NCBI GenBank assembly: GCA_002633005.1
Contig: NMRA01000520.1
Span: 191,559 to 255,558 of the forward strand
Origin: Phoronis australis
Taxonomy: Eukaryota; Animalia; Phoronida
DNA length: 64,000 nt
Reading direction: 5' to 3'
In this document: piece after piece, positions 14,386 to 29,300 of the stretch
Layout: the number at the start of each line of letters is the position of its first letter
Numbering within the stretch: the first letter of the stretch is position 1
The notes under the pieces: model-generated
Databases searched by the model: none
The model's input: only the letters and a program-made list of their open reading frames with translations
Told to the model about the DNA's origin: nothing
Made by a program: the position numbers and the translations under genes

Positions 14386-14641
14386 TTAATACGGTCATTT
14401 CCGGAAGACTTTTTTTGAAAGATATGATACCAAAATCCTTGGCCTATAGAGCTGTATCAAAATTCCTTGTTGAAACACGGCCACTGGTCCAGCTTCTGCC
14501 GGGCGTCTGGGGAATATGCTATGAACGCGTGTCCCAAAAATGCACACACTTCAACCCCTGCAGTTCAAGTTCTTTTCCCGTCAATCACTGTGCGCGGATT
14601 CTACGCGGGCAGCCTACTGCATGACTACACCTTATTTCTAA

Positions 14642-15970
14642 AGGCGAAGGCAACCTTTTTTCATGTGACTTTTAGCAAAAAAAAGGTTCGTTGATTATCC
14701 CAGACATATTTTTCACTTAATTGCAGCTTTCCGTAATTTGATTAATTTCTCGTCCTCTACTCCGGAAGTGACGTTTTGGGAGGCAGGAGTTTCGCGGCAA
14801 TTTCTTTTCATTATAGCCTGACTGTGAGAGCTGTAGAGTCAGTCATTGTTCTACCTCGGTTGTGATAAGTTCGGTCGTCGTTTGCTTTTGTTTACAAGTC
14901 AGTTAACATGCCACGCTGTTGCTGCGTTCCGGGATGTTCTCATTATCGTCTCACACACGCTTTGGATACCCGCTTTCCGAAGGATGACACACTTCGCGTA
15001 CTTGGCTAGCTCGTTCATGTGAAGAACGCAGCGCTACCCGTCCACGCAACGTACAAAGCAGTGGAGGGTTACCGAGTGTGTGGCAAGCATGTTCTGCAGT
15101 CAGATTATGACAGAGATATGTAAGCTGAATTGATGAAGGTCCCTGTGAAACAACGCCTGAAGAAGGGTACCATACAGTCGCTGTTGACTCCCACCAGTGC
15201 CCCGTCGCCAACCCCGAGAAGTGCGTTTTTGAAGTGAGAAGCCTCTCGAGCTGTGGCCACTATATACAGTGACTGAAGGCACTTCATCTACTGTCACCCG
15301 TGCCTCCGAGCGTACCCCATTGCGTGCAATTCCGGAAACTAGTTGTGATTCGCCCTGTGTTGTTGTCCCTAGCTCCGGCAGAGCCTGTAAGCAGCCCAGC
15401 CGCGATGTTGAGTAGTGTGAGTGAATACAGGCCCAGTTCGACACCCAGTGTAGAGGACTGTTCGTCATCCAATAAACAGGTCGGTGAGCCTAAGTTTGAT
15501 AAGTTTATTGTGGACTTGTATTGGAGCTATTTGGAAGGTGCCAGGTGTGTGACGAGGGAGTCACACGGCGGGATGTAAGCAGTTTGGGTGCTCAGATCAC
15601 CCTCCAGTGGGAGTGTGTCGCGAGACACTCGGGGAAGTGGGACAGTTATTCCTCTGTACGTGAGACGATAATGAGTACACCCCAGTATGCAGCAACAGCG
15701 TGGCATGTTGACTGACTCGTAAGCAAAAGCACACGACGACCGAACCTATCACAACCAAGGTAAAACAACGACTGACTCAACTGCTCTCACAGTCAGACTA
15801 CATGAAAAGAAATTGGCGCGAAATTCTTGCCTCCCAAAGCGTCACTTCCGGAGTAGACGACGAGTAATTAATTAAATTACGAAAAGCAGTAAATCAGTGA
15901 AACATATGTCTGGGATAATCAACGAACCTTATTTTTGCTAAAAATGACAGGAAAAAGGTTGCCTTCGCCT
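14642..15970 (+). mobile_element. Non-autonomous Kolobok-like DNA transposon with ~280-bp TIRs and a decayed THAP domain
   Basis: Ends AGGCGAAGGCAACC.../...GGTTGCCTTCGCCT, flanked by ctaa/ttaa. From ~14908 it reads MPRCCCVPGCS..RFPKDDT..W..YRVCGKHV..DY..RLKKGT (C2CH THAP signature, frameshifted). Confidence 0.8.
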
Positions 15971-18900
15971 TTAACGTGGGTGCGTCACTGAGTCACGGCG
16001 TGTCCAGCCTTTGCAGTATGTACGGGAATGTCAAGCAAACGATTCGGTTTAGAAGAACCTAAATTCATTGCACAATGCTACTGGGAACTACAAGCATCAA
16101 GGAAATGCAAAGACAATCTTTACAAATTGATGAGCAATGACTTGAACTTCTTTTTCGATCAGATCTACGGTTTGTAAATTTTTGAATTTCTTTAGTCTAG
16201 TTTTTAATTCAATGCATTCATGAATATCACTGTTATGGTTTAGTGTCCTTGTTTGCGATATGGTGGTCTGATGACGGATCGAATTTTTGCAAGTCAGCCT
16301 TCAGCCTTCAACTAAGTTCAGTGACGCATCGCCATTTCTTACATGACAGCTTCTGTGCTGTGCACGAGTGTTTTGTGTTTTTGATGAATTTGGAATCTCA
16401 ACTTCCCTCGTGAGTAGTTGGCAGTGTCATGTCGGAGGTGTATAGAGGGCGCAGCACTGAAAAAAGTGGGGGCTAAAGCCCCCTCAGCCCCCCTNTGCAC
16501 CGCCTATGGAACACTGAAAAACTTGGACTGAATTAATACGCTCCGCAAAATTTTTGTTTTACAAATTTTCTCGAATTTTCGAAATACATGCATGAATGAT
16601 TACAGTAAGTGCACATTTTCAAGAGCGCTTAGACGACCTATGCTGCAAAAACGGAGACCCTAACAACAATTGTCCTGGTCAGGGCCCTCAAGTGGTAAAC
16701 CATACACTGATACCGAGTTGTCAAAGTTATCTTGAGTTTTCTCTCTGATCAGTATTCGAAGTCTTTCCTTTTTGTCTTTCCCCAGCCGCACACCTTTGTC
16801 GGTTGCCATGGTTTAACACTGAGGCATGCAATTTTTTTGGGGTGGCACTCGCCCTTCCCCCGCTTACTAAGGTCCTGATGCAAGGAGTCCATCTTTGGTC
16901 CAAGGTCAATGTTGTGTTTCAACACGCACTCGTTGTATAGCTTGAGCATTAAATCAAAAGTTTAAGAAATACAAGAGCAGTTTTACGCATTTAATTGTTC
17001 ATGTAAAAGGGTTTATGGATTCGTACTGAATTTGTTGCTGCAACTTGTCTCAGGGGCCTGTACCCGGCACGTGACCACAAATGTGGACACTAATTCGGCT
17101 ATTGCGCAAGTCGACTGTAGCAAGGTGGCCAGTAATGTAAGGCAGCACCAGGCCAGTGGGCGTGTGTGACAACTCGGATTTCTAGTCTCTTATTATGAAA
17201 ACCATTGAAGGCAATTATCAGCACCTGCAAACAAGAATTTTGAAGTATGAAGAATTTCAGCAGGAGTTTGCTGTAGACTTAGTGGCGAAGCTGCCGACAT
17301 TCCAGCCACGGTTACTGCCGGTCCTTCGAAGCAATTATAGCACATATATACGATTTTTTAAGAATGGCAAGGGTACGTTTTGTGTTGACGGAAATGCCCA
17401 TGGCGTCGAGGAATCTGAGGCATTTAATGATGAACAACTGTTGTGGCTTAATTTGGAGAAACACTTAGCAAAACTAACTTCCAGATATGCATACTGTGGC
17501 GGAATTAAGAAATACATGTACGATTATGGCAGTGCTAAATGTAGCAGAGTCACAAAGTGTGCTAAAATGGTAGAAATTTAGGCATAACATTTCTGTAGCA
17601 GATAAAAGGTTGATTGGCGCAGGAGAAGGCCGATGTCTTCAATGCTCAGAAAAATTTCGGCAGGCAAGAGACTTGCCAAGAAAATGGCCCAGTTGAGTCC
17701 GGGCATTCTAAAGGAAAGAACTGCAACCAATTCCAGTTATTCGGTGCAACTTCTCTCACCCGACTGCGTTGTTTCACGATACCGCAACCTCAAACAACGT
17801 CAAAGAAACGAAACGCGGAGGGTGAGATATTACAGAGTATTAATATTTATTCTTGGATACAGGTGTCCACCTCAAAATGAATTTCCCACGGTCATTCTTT
17901 ATGCCGATAGCAATGTTTTCGTCAACTGAAGAAGAACAGGAACCATAGACATCCCGCGCGCTCCGTCTACGGTTCTGACACTTCAAACTTTTGTCAACAC
18001 GATAGGTAGCCGCAGAAAATTCGATGTTGACCTCATTCTAATCTTCTCTGCAACCAACAGTCTGGGGACGAAAACAATTCAATCCGCTCCTCGAAGTAGG
18101 GCTTGCTTAGCTGGAATTCAGAACTACGGTCATGAGAGTGTTTTCAACTCCTGATTGCGAAGCGATCGAGTTAGCTGTGGTATCTTCATCAGCGCGTGCT
18201 CTCAGAGGGAGGTCACCGCTTTATCCACTCAAGCGCTTGACAACAACTAAACTGACGAGTCTCAGAACTCCCACATGCAAGTTTGATATGCAAATGAGGG
18301 AGTACTTGACTACTGCGCCATCTATACATCGACGGAAAAGCTTAAATACCCGTGATTGCGTGTGGGAAATTGCGGTTGCGTGCGCTGAAGTCGATATTTT
18401 CAAAGTACAATTACACCACTGTTTAAGGTTACAAAGTGAGTTTTTTTATATCCTTCTATAGAAAAAGCTTTAATCTCTCTGATAAAATCATCTGTTTCCT
18501 TTTAAACGAAACTTAGGTCCTGAAATTAGTCCGGGGAAGTTGGCCAAAAACGGCGGTTTAGCTAGTTGTCCCTTCCTGGTTATCTCTTCCTGATGTGCTT
18601 CATTCTGATATTATAGCAATTGGCCACTAACAACTCAATCAAGTCAAAATAGTGATTTTCATTTCTGCACTGCGTTTTATTAGCATTGGTTTCGAGTGCA
18701 ATAGATCACTGTTGCCACATTTTCCTTCACGCTAATAATGTTATCTTGAAAATCACATCAAAAAAAATTTGACTATGTTATATTTCTTTTCTGGTAAATT
18801 GCAATCAAAAGCTTAAGGCCTCGTGGCGCGACTATGGGCAGATCAAAATAAACTCAAAATTATATCCTACAGGGTCTTTACGTTCAAAAAACATATGCTT

Positions 18901-21900
18901 TTATATAGTTAGATTATATACATGTAGTTACATGTATGTCACTATTCAACTCGGTGCACAGAGAAGTAGTTGTTTATTACTGAATAGTGTCGTAAGCGCC
19001 CCCTTTCACACGTATGCCACCTGGTGACTGGTTGTTCATTGACCATCCCATGCAATTTTGAAACAGGCACCTGTGATAATTTGCCAAATTAGCAAGGTTA
19101 CATTAAGACCTGATGCCAGAAAACACAAAAAAATGTGGCAATCTATTGAACGCGAAACTGGACAATTATACATGCATACATCCGTATCTTCAAAGCATGG
19201 TAAGGCACATTCCATCCCTGGCCAACAGAACAGGAGCGTTACCGATGTAAGCGTGCGTTGAGAATACGCGTATAAAATCAATGTATCTTAGAGGATCTTT
19301 GGAGATACTTTCAAGTGACCGGCTTTACTTAGTGGCTGCAAAATCGTCACTCAACGTCGGATTGAAACCAGATATCAGCAGCGAAGAACCCGTGACAATA
19401 CTTTAACTTTACAAGGGTGCATGCGTACCGGTAATTAATTTTTACTTGGATGGAAGCCCAATGGGGATTAGTTTTGCAAGTATCTGAGCAACCAGAATTG
19501 GAGAATTCGAGTATTTCAATTGTGATATAAAATTGAGTAATGTCAATAAAGACTTGACCGCGTAACTATATTTAGAAACGTTTAATTAAACGATCCCTAG
19601 ACGGGGCATTTACGGAATTTGTAGCGTAGAACGCATTGCTATAGAGGCTACGTGCTATTTTACAACGTTATCAGTCGTTAATAATTACCAGAAATATCAA
19701 CTGCTAAATCCTCAAACAAACAGAAACATTGGAATTAAAACTAGAGTTTATGTAATTCCATGAAAGGTCTTTAGAAAATTCGCCATCACATATGTATTTG
19801 TTACCAGATGCCTCAAGAAAAGAAATTATCGTTTTTGAATAGAGGGCTGCCCTGTTATCTCCGGTAGTGTTATCTCAAACCCTTTAATCTTTACGTCAAA
19901 ACGCGCACTCCAGATAACATCACTTGGGCGCAGATACCGTTTAATCGGACAGACTCGCTGAAAGCGGCTTCGGAAGTCCTCATAATCAGATCATTGGAAA
20001 AATCGACGGGAGTCTCCAGGTAAATTATCCTTTTATCCTTTTTTATTTTCGACAGTTGATTTCAGTAAACATGGTGTGTTTTGTTTTTCCATTATTTTTT
20101 ACAATTTGTCAGCTACAAATCTGCATAAACTTAAAGAAATGAGAATTTTTAGGATCCCGAAAGGCTTTTGACATAAACGATATATAAAAGCCAAACGACA
20201 TAATGTTTAAATCTCCTTGCGCTCTTGTTTTGGAAAAACTTCTTAACATTCATACTAAGACGAATTGGATGATACTTTAAAAAATTCTTAACCATGGCCT
20301 TAATATTTTAATAACAACAGAGTTTCATTAGAAGCTGTACAGTTTTTATCATTGAAAAACTAATTTTTGAAGTACTGTACTGGTGGCGGGCGAGAAAGTC
20401 ACCTAGAAAACTTGTCACACAGGTGCAAATTTTAAGTTTTGAAAGTTGAAATGTAATTATTGTAGGTAGATAAAGAATACCGTTGTTCAAATATTAGACA
20501 GGGTTTTCATGTTTAGAAAACTTTTTTGTTCAAGTATTTATTATCATTCTTAAAACAGTAAAAAACTAGCAAACAAATAAGTACATCCATTCATTCACGC
20601 ATGCGCCCCTCAGGAGAGACCATTCTCGTATACATGTTCATGTATATGTATCGTAGAAAGTAAACAACTTCTACATAGAGTTAACGTAAACAACGTAATT
20701 TTCCCATTTCGCCGAGAAGCTGACATATACAAAGTTTTTATATGCAATTATTATTTCAGCATTATAGTACTCATAAGTTTATGTAATACACCTGTGAAAG
20801 TAGGTATATTTTTTGTGATATCTCTTCTTGCAAATGTACAGTTTGGCTACTAGAAAACTTGGTCAACGGAAATAAATGACTTTTAAAAGGTGTGTGCAGT
20901 TTAAGTTCTCATATTTTTTAACCGTTTACAACTTATTTTTCATCGTTTTTCATTCATATTCATATGTGAAAGTACAAACACAAACACATCATCATTATTT
21001 CGAATCAATGTAAATGTCTACAGATACACTGCACAGGTTTCTCACCTGCGTTCAGGCGTTGCATTCATATCCAACGTAATACTTTCTTGGTACAAACAAT
21101 GAAATAAAACTATTAAAACACGTGTGTCCATCTGCCCCAAAACCTGTCCACTTGAGTGTTTTCAGTGTGAATAATATTTTTTGTGAATTGTACTATTTCT
21201 TGGGTGATTTCTTGTAGCTCTTCCTATTTGTATTCTCAATATATTGTTTGTATATATGGTACTTGAACAATACCAGTTTCGCTGATCGCTAGCTACCCAA
21301 TCCTGCGGCTGGTGTTTGTGCGTGTTTTGATATGTTCTGTGCATCGTAGCCGTACCTGTAGCCATCTCGGCACATTCCCTGAAATACGCTTTACAATAGT
21401 GGATGTTTTACTGCCGAAACATGTTCCTACATTTTAGGGAAGCTGCCTTTATTCAAACTTTACTTCCGTTCGTCAGTACAAGTGCGAGATATTTCAATAG
21501 AATTGTCAATATTACCTTCCGCTTGTCCTCATATTATTGTTTTCGTTGATCAAACATTTCATTCTGTCTATCTGTAAAGCATTACCTATCAAAACCAAAT
21601 TTAGTTTTCCGCGAAAGTGACTTCCACATGCGGATTTACCCGTTCATGCCTCCGATGCTTTGTTGCCGTTTCTACCTTACATCGTCGCATTTCAGCGAAG
21701 CAAAAACAAACTTAATAAAAGAATCCTGGGATTCGCTGTTCTAATTTGCCTAGGACTTCCAAAATCAATTTGAACTCTGCAGTCACAATTTTTCAGAATA
21801 TACGAAAATCATGCGAAAATTTCGTAATTTGGGGCCCAGTTACGAGTATGTTTTACTATCCGTATGTTATCCCAAAGTGTACAAGTACGTTAGACACATG

Positions 21901-23171
21901 CATGTATTACAGCAGACTGCATGTATCTTTGTTGATACTTTCAGTTGACTGTCTTTCGTTACTGGTGGCACCTCAGTGTCAACCAGTGTCAAGCAAAAGT
22001 GAAGGTTTCTCGTTAACATAGGAGACAACGATTATTACAGCACGTTTTACAATAACTTGAACAAACGTATGTATCAAACGGGGCCATTACTACCATAAAC
22101 TCGTTAAACAACACAGTTAGTGTTGATTTCGCTGTCACGTTTAAGTTAAATGCCCGTTGTCTCCCGATACATATCAGGGTACATATTCGCGGTACTAAAA
22201 TAAAAATCATATCATTTTGCTTATATAAGAACCTGTTCGTATGCCTGAAATTTTCGGTATAAACGTTCTCATTACAACAAAGAACGCCAGATTGTGTGCT
22301 TCCTAAATGTAGGATCCGCCAAACTTACACTCCATCCTTGCATGTACATTGGTGGAGTGAAAGTCGTGATCCTTGTTATGGAACTGGTCAAAGTGTACAT
22401 TAGAGAGTTTAATAAAAAACGTCAACTTACGAAGGTTTATCTCGTCCAAAGTGATTTATGATTAAGATAAAATTGTCTTTAGTCGTGTCTGCACCGACCA
22501 ACCTTCTCGCACAGAAACAAGTTGTTTGCTATTTTTGATAGGAAATGATACACACCAGGGTAAAATTAGAATGTTTGTCAAAATTGCAAATTAAACTTTA
22601 AAACTTGTTTCATCAGATGTTTGATCAATCACGGATCAGTTAGGTGCAGAGGACCAGGAGTTACCCCTTCTCCACCGCCACTGTTTGTATTAGTGCAATG
22701 GAGGAAGATATATTTGAAAGCAAGCAACACAGGTATCCCGCCAAATTCATAGGGGGAAATGCATTGGGTGCAAAATACTGCTTCGTGCAAAGCGTTTTGT
22801 GTCGAAAAAAATCACTCCCAACATCTGTCGAGTTGAGTATACCCATCATTTACGGCAAAAGGTAGAACGTTCTTTGCACGCACAGACCACTATTTTTGTT
22901 TTCGGGGTCCGGAAAGAAAACAAAGCAAATCAAATCCATAGTTTTCTTCGATGGTACGGCATGTATATTCAATGTTTGTGCGTTTCGCGCTTTAGGAAAC
23001 TGAGCGCATGCAGTATGTTTTCATTACTAGATGAGAAGTAGTAACATTTGCTACAATTTACCATTTTAATGTAGTGAAAAGTAAAATGTTTATGGTTTTG
23101 TATCTAGCAAAACTCTGCGTACCATTGAATTAGCTGTATTTTTCCCACCAGACTGCTGGCTTGTAAGCTCA

Positions 23172-23333
23172 ATGGGTTTTACCTGGACTTTGACTGCTGT
23201 GCTGACGTTGACGTCGCTCGCTACTGCGCAGCCTAAGTCGCACATCGTCATAACAGACAACGGTTACGAAGACTTGGTTGCTGCCATACACCCCAGCGTG
23301 GAAGAAAATCCGAAAATCATCGACGAATTGAAA
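23172..23333 (+). CDS. CLCA: CLCA-a coding exon 1 (signal peptide + start of CLCA_N domain)
   Basis: MGFTWTLTAVLTLTSLATAQ...DNGYEDLVAAIHPSVEENPKIIDELK; donor gtaaat at 23334. The acceptor ccaccag ending 23151 implies an upstream non-coding exon. Confidence 0.9.
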
Positions 23334-26300
23334 GTAAATACACGTATACATTTGTTTATCGAAATCATGAGAAGTATTTCGGAAACTTACGTTTGCGTTC
23401 AAGTGATGGGCGAGAGTTTGTTACTAATTGTTTACAGCTACGAAAACTCAGTTGTAACAGATGTTCGTTTCGTATTTCATACATGTTAACGAAAAATGGA
23501 ATTTTATGTAATCCTCATAACAAATGAAATTTCATATTACCCGCTAAAAATGTCAATTGTGCAGTTCTTGCCACGAGCGGATATGAACATTTAATAGGAA
23601 AAACATGTCCCTCGTAAAATACTAGAGCGACACCTATTTTGCAACCTATACGCACTGCAAATCTAACTTTGAGATTCCTGCCTTAAAAACATGAGTTCCC
23701 AGTATAACGTTCACCTAAGCTTTACATGTACTTATACCCACGGCGGCTATCACTTTTGTTGATAGGGCAGCCCTAAACTGGGTGCTTTGTTGTTGCTTGG
23801 CCATTCAGTGCTTTTTATGTTATTAGTTCATTCTATATTGAACAAACGCCAACGTCTACCACTTCTTGTACTCGCGCTACTGTCCTACTACTATTCAAAT
23901 AGTAAACGTCGACATTCTTAAAGGCGAAGGCAACCTTTTTTCATGTCACTTTTAGCAAAAATACATGTAAGGTTCGTTGATTATCCCAAACATATTTTTC
24001 ATTCAATTACAGCCTTTTGTAATTTAAACAATTACTCGTCATTTACTCCGGAAGTGACGTTTTGGCAGTCAAGTATTTCGCGCCAATTTCTTTTCATATA
24101 GTCTTACGGTGAAAGCTCCTGCGTCAGTCGTTGTTCTACCTCTGTTGTGATTAGTTTGGTCGTCGTTTGCTTTTGTTTACGAGTCAGTCTACATTCCACA
24201 CTGTTGCTGCGTACCGAGATGTACTCAGTATCATCTCACGGACAGACGAACAATTGTTACGCTTGCCCAAATATTCCACGACACTCTACCAGTGGATGGT
24301 GACCTGAGCACACAGACTGCTTACATCCCGCCGTGTGACTCCCTCGCCACCCACCTGGTACCTTCTCAAAAGCTCCAATACTTTAGACAAGTCCTCAATA
24401 AACTTATCAAAATTTGGCTAGCCGATCTATTTATTGGACGACGAAATGTCCTCGTCCCTGCGGGTGTCGAACGGGCCTGTATTCACTCCCTCTACTCAAC
24501 ATCGCAGCAGGGCTGCTTACAGGCTCTGTTACATAATGAGTACATGTACATACGATAATGAGTACATCCCGGTAAACAGCAACAGTGTTGCATGTTGACT
24601 GATTCGTATACAAAAGCAAACGGCGACCGAACGTGTCACAGCCGAGGTATAACAATAACTGACTCAACAGCTCTCAAAGTCACACTATATGAAAAGAAAG
24701 TGGCGCGAAATTCTTGCCTCCCAAAATGTCAATTCCGGAGTAAAGTACGAATAATTGATTAAATTACAAAAACCTGTAATTTGTCTGGGATAATCAAAGA
24801 ATATCATTTTTGCTAAAAGAGACATGAAAAAGGTTGCCTTTCCCTTTAAATGAAAGTGGCGTTCACATGCATGCAGAACTGGTTTAATCACTGAATTTCT
24901 TCGCTTTTATACCCGTTTTAAATTTTTACTGCGATATTATTTTGGCAGAAAATGGTTACAACTGGGTCGGAGTACTTGTACACTGCCACCAGGGAGCGCG
25001 CCTATTTCCGCTCAATCAGAATTCTTGTGCCATCTACGTGGGAAGACAAACCAGAATATGAGAGTGCCACATGGGAGACGTTTGAAGAGGCGGATCTCCG
25101 AGTTGACAAGAAGAATCCCGTCTGGGGCCACAACCCGTACACGAAACAACCCTGCGGATGTGGGGAGCCTGGCCATTATATCCATCTGACGCCACAGTTT
25201 CTTACAGACAACATGACTGAAGAAAAGTTTAGCAGATCTCATGTTTGGGGTGATGCAGGTTAGATTTTTTAATTGAGGGGCAAACGTTCCGGTTTAGGCG
25301 TACATGTACGTTGTCTTTACACATGATCGGACGGAATTTGAAGTTCCCGCAGCTTTGCACTTACCGTCCTGTCATTTTCTTCATAAGAGTTGTGTCAAAG
25401 AAGAAGGCAGGGAGCACACAGGGCAGTGTTGAAATGACAGTTATATAAAATTTAGTAAATTCGCTGTAGGTTATGTAAGCATTACCCTGAAATCTGTGTA
25501 GTTAGACAATTATTTTTAAAACTATCGATTTTAACTCAATGAGAGTATGCTTTCTGAGATTATCACCACCTTGAATTATATTTTTGACATCGACAGACTA
25601 ATTTTTCCTTAATTGACCTACGTCATTACAGCTTGACAAAAGTACCAAAAAGAACACTAGTCTGAAAGGAAATCACTAACATGCACAGCTTTCAATTGTT
25701 ATACATGCTCAATGGGAAATCAAAAAACGTTGTAGAAATAATTTCGTTTTTGTATTCAACTTCAAATTTTAAAAAAACTGAAGCGAAACATTCTACAAAT
25801 AATTCCTAACTGTTGTTTTGGTGACCAATGCATAAAGAATAGTATCAGAAAGCATCATCAAGTGAAACCATCCAATCAGCCATTTCTGTGAATGTTCCAA
25901 AGTTAGTCGAAGCTTGGAATTTGTCAACACGTATATGTACTGCAGAGTCCATAACATTGAGATTTGGTTCGTTGTTCTGTTCTATCTTTGAAATATGCTT
26001 CCAATTGAGGCCTATCATTTTAAAACTGAATGTGCTCATTCCACACTACAGGCAGAGTATTTGTTCACGAGTTTGCACACTTACGCTGGGGAGTTTTCGA
26101 CGAATACGGCTTCGAGAACGACCCTGACCACCCGCTGTTTTACCAAGACAACAGAGGTTCCCCTCGCGTCACTGGCTGCATCATGTATCCGCGCTTCAGG
26201 GGCAGAACACTGCACAAAACAACCAAGCAACAGTGCGCCAGAGACGCTATAACTCGTTTACCCGAGAAGGATTGCAGATTTTATCCCGAGCTCGGTTCAA

Positions 26301-29300
26301 GAAATCGAGCGAGAGCATCAGTGATGTTTATGCAGTTCGTAAACTCTGTGAGTCAACGCCACTAGGCTGAAATGTTGTTGATTCTCATAGTAATCCTCAC
26401 TAATACCGCCACTGATTTTGGTCAAAAGTAAAGCATTACAAATGTAAGCTCCTGTGTCCTCAATGATAACAATCATATTTTCTACATAGCTGTGCTGTTG
26501 AAGAGAAAACTTTGCGACGTTTGGCGACTGTCCAACATTGTCTTCTAGTATATACAAATCTATTGCACTAATGACAGCTGGCTTTACCAGGGATAAAATT
26601 ATGCATGCATAACGACGTAGCCGCGCAGGGTTGGTATGAAGTGGGAACGTTCACACGCAAGCTTGTGGTGTTCACGTATAGATTGAGCTCGGACGTTCCT
26701 GGGTACTACCCCTAAGGCAAGTTTCATGAAAAGCGACGTCAGGCTTAAGACAGGACTCGGGTCTTATGATCCCACTTCACAGTTCCTTAATAATGATCTC
26801 ATTACAGTTAAGTAAAGACTTGAATCACATTTCATGAAACGGGCCTCTGAGGTTAGCTAATTCCAGGTGGGGTGAAAACCACACTTTACGCATTGTGTGT
26901 ATCTGTAGGTCCTATGTACATCCATGTCTTCATATAGAGCTCTTGTCAGAGCAGCCGACGATTTTGTTGCAAAACATTGTATTGAAGCTTACTACCATTT
27001 GCCAGGTAGATACCTTTTGTGAGAGCAACCATCCTGACACCTACCGTCGTCATGACGCTTTGGCACCAAACAAACACAATAAAATGTGTAACCAACAAGG
27101 CACCTGGAACGTTATCACGAAGCACGCAGACTTTGACAACACCAACTTTCCAAGGTCGAACGTCGACACGGCTCCAGAAATCAGTGTTGTGTACAGGAGA
27201 AACAATCCACAAGATGTCGTTCTTGTCCTCGATAGTTCCGGTTCCATGCTAAAGGTGCGTTTCTAGTGGTCACATTATGGACTGATTTCCATGGAGGTAA
27301 TTAGTCCACGAAAAAGCAAGGCAACACACGTATTCGCGAAATATATCCAAACATTTGAAGCGAAGCACGTGACCACAGTACCTATTTCTTGCGAGTGTCT
27401 TGCTTCAACGGGGCGCAATGTGGATTCAACTATACTTTGTTCTTTTGAGGAAGTCAAACGTACATTTCATAATTCACTTTTCTTTTGCAAGATTTGGCCG
27501 AAAAATTGTTGTTGAACCGAAACAAATGAGAAAAAAGCATTTGCCATGCGCCACACTGCCCAGCGTTCTACTAAAGATCGCAAACGCAACACGAGATATC
27601 ACCAACTGAAGTCTTGCAAACGAAGCACGTTATATAGCTCTGGCCTTCAAATAAATATTATACATGGGTTTACTTACTATGTTTATTTCTAGAACAAACG
27701 TTACCTAAAACTTAACCAAGGAGTCGCACAGTTCATCCACGACACAGTCCGTGTTGGATCCAAGGTGGGTGTCGTCCAGTTTAGCTCTAGGGCAGCTGTG
27801 AAGACTCCGAAAATGGTGACGATTGCATCTGAAAACGACAAAGAGAGTTTGCTGTCTACTCTACCCGGAAAAGACGAGCTCGGTGGCGGAACTGGAATAG
27901 GGGGGGCTCTGCTGACCGCGTTGGAAGTAAGTTATACAGAAAACTAAACTTGTCATTTCTTGCACTTATTACGTGCCCGATATCCAGCACATGAGATTTT
28001 TGCACGCAAGCTTACACCTACCTACTGCTAGTTCTAATTCGACATGAAACTTGTGTAGTTCGAACGCATGTTCCTGCGGACAATTTACTGAGTGCGTTTA
28101 TTCATCATTGGGTAAATGTTTTCAATGTACAGTGTACACTTAGCCGTTGAGATTAGCATGGAACTTGGATGGTCTCACGTTTCCTTCATATAGCTACATT
28201 TTCTTAGGTACAGAAAGAAGTTTCTTCATGTAGATTTGTGTCTGTTACAGCAAGTGGGTTTCCACTATCCTGACCCTCTACCACCACAGTCAATTGAAAC
28301 ATCATCTGCAGCCATTTTTTGAAATGGTATTTCAAAACACATTAGCCTTTTGCTTTGCAGTTTTGTTTAGTGCAGGTATAGCCAGCAGAAGAATTAATCT
28401 TCCTTCCTACATGTACACAACTACTAAAATTGGAACTATTAACAATGTTACTCAAAAATCCATCGGGTGCGACCAAAACCTTTCCACTCTACGATAAAAT
28501 GATTTTTACGACAAAAAAACAAACCTTTCAGCACAACGCGAAGTGGTCAAGAATCCGTTTTCACCAGACTGGCCAGCTCTGGGAAACATGAACACTTATT
28601 ATACAAAGCTGGTAGCGTCCCGACTCACATTGATGGTGAAAATACTACAGCTACCATAACATGACAATTTCAGATCAGTTTCTCAGAGATAATCACCACA
28701 TTCCCAGTTACATGTGGGTCTCGGTTGTGTATGTAAGAATGACAGTAACGGCACTTTACTTGACCTTAGCTACATTTAAGTTATTTATACTGTAGATGTG
28801 TGTGCATTAGTACATGTATTTAATGATTTTGTGAATTTGAAAAGTAGAGGTTGGAGATTATTTTCTTGGCACAACTACAAAGCGATTTAATGTTTACTTG
28901 ATTGACAACATGTCTTCGTGATACGCACATGCTCTTGGATTGAGAGTTAAGATAAAGCGGGTTTCCTCTTTCAGGGGTGCTCAAAGCTCGCAGTCTATTC
29001 TGATGATTACAATCTTTTAGATACATTAATTATTGTTTAATGACCATCGTTTCCTTTCTCACGAACGAACTGTTCACAAAAACTTAACAGATTTCTTAAG
29101 AGAGGTGGGCACAAAAAGAAACGCGAGTATTAGAAAATAATGCAGTTTGATATAAAAGACTTGCGTTTGCAAGAAAGATAACTCTGCTGTTGAATGGACA
29201 ATGTCGGGTGAGATGGATAACTGTAAGTCATTCTGGGCGTGACGGCAGTGCATAAGCAGAAGAATATACCTAAATGCAAATCACTTGACGTGTCATCCAT

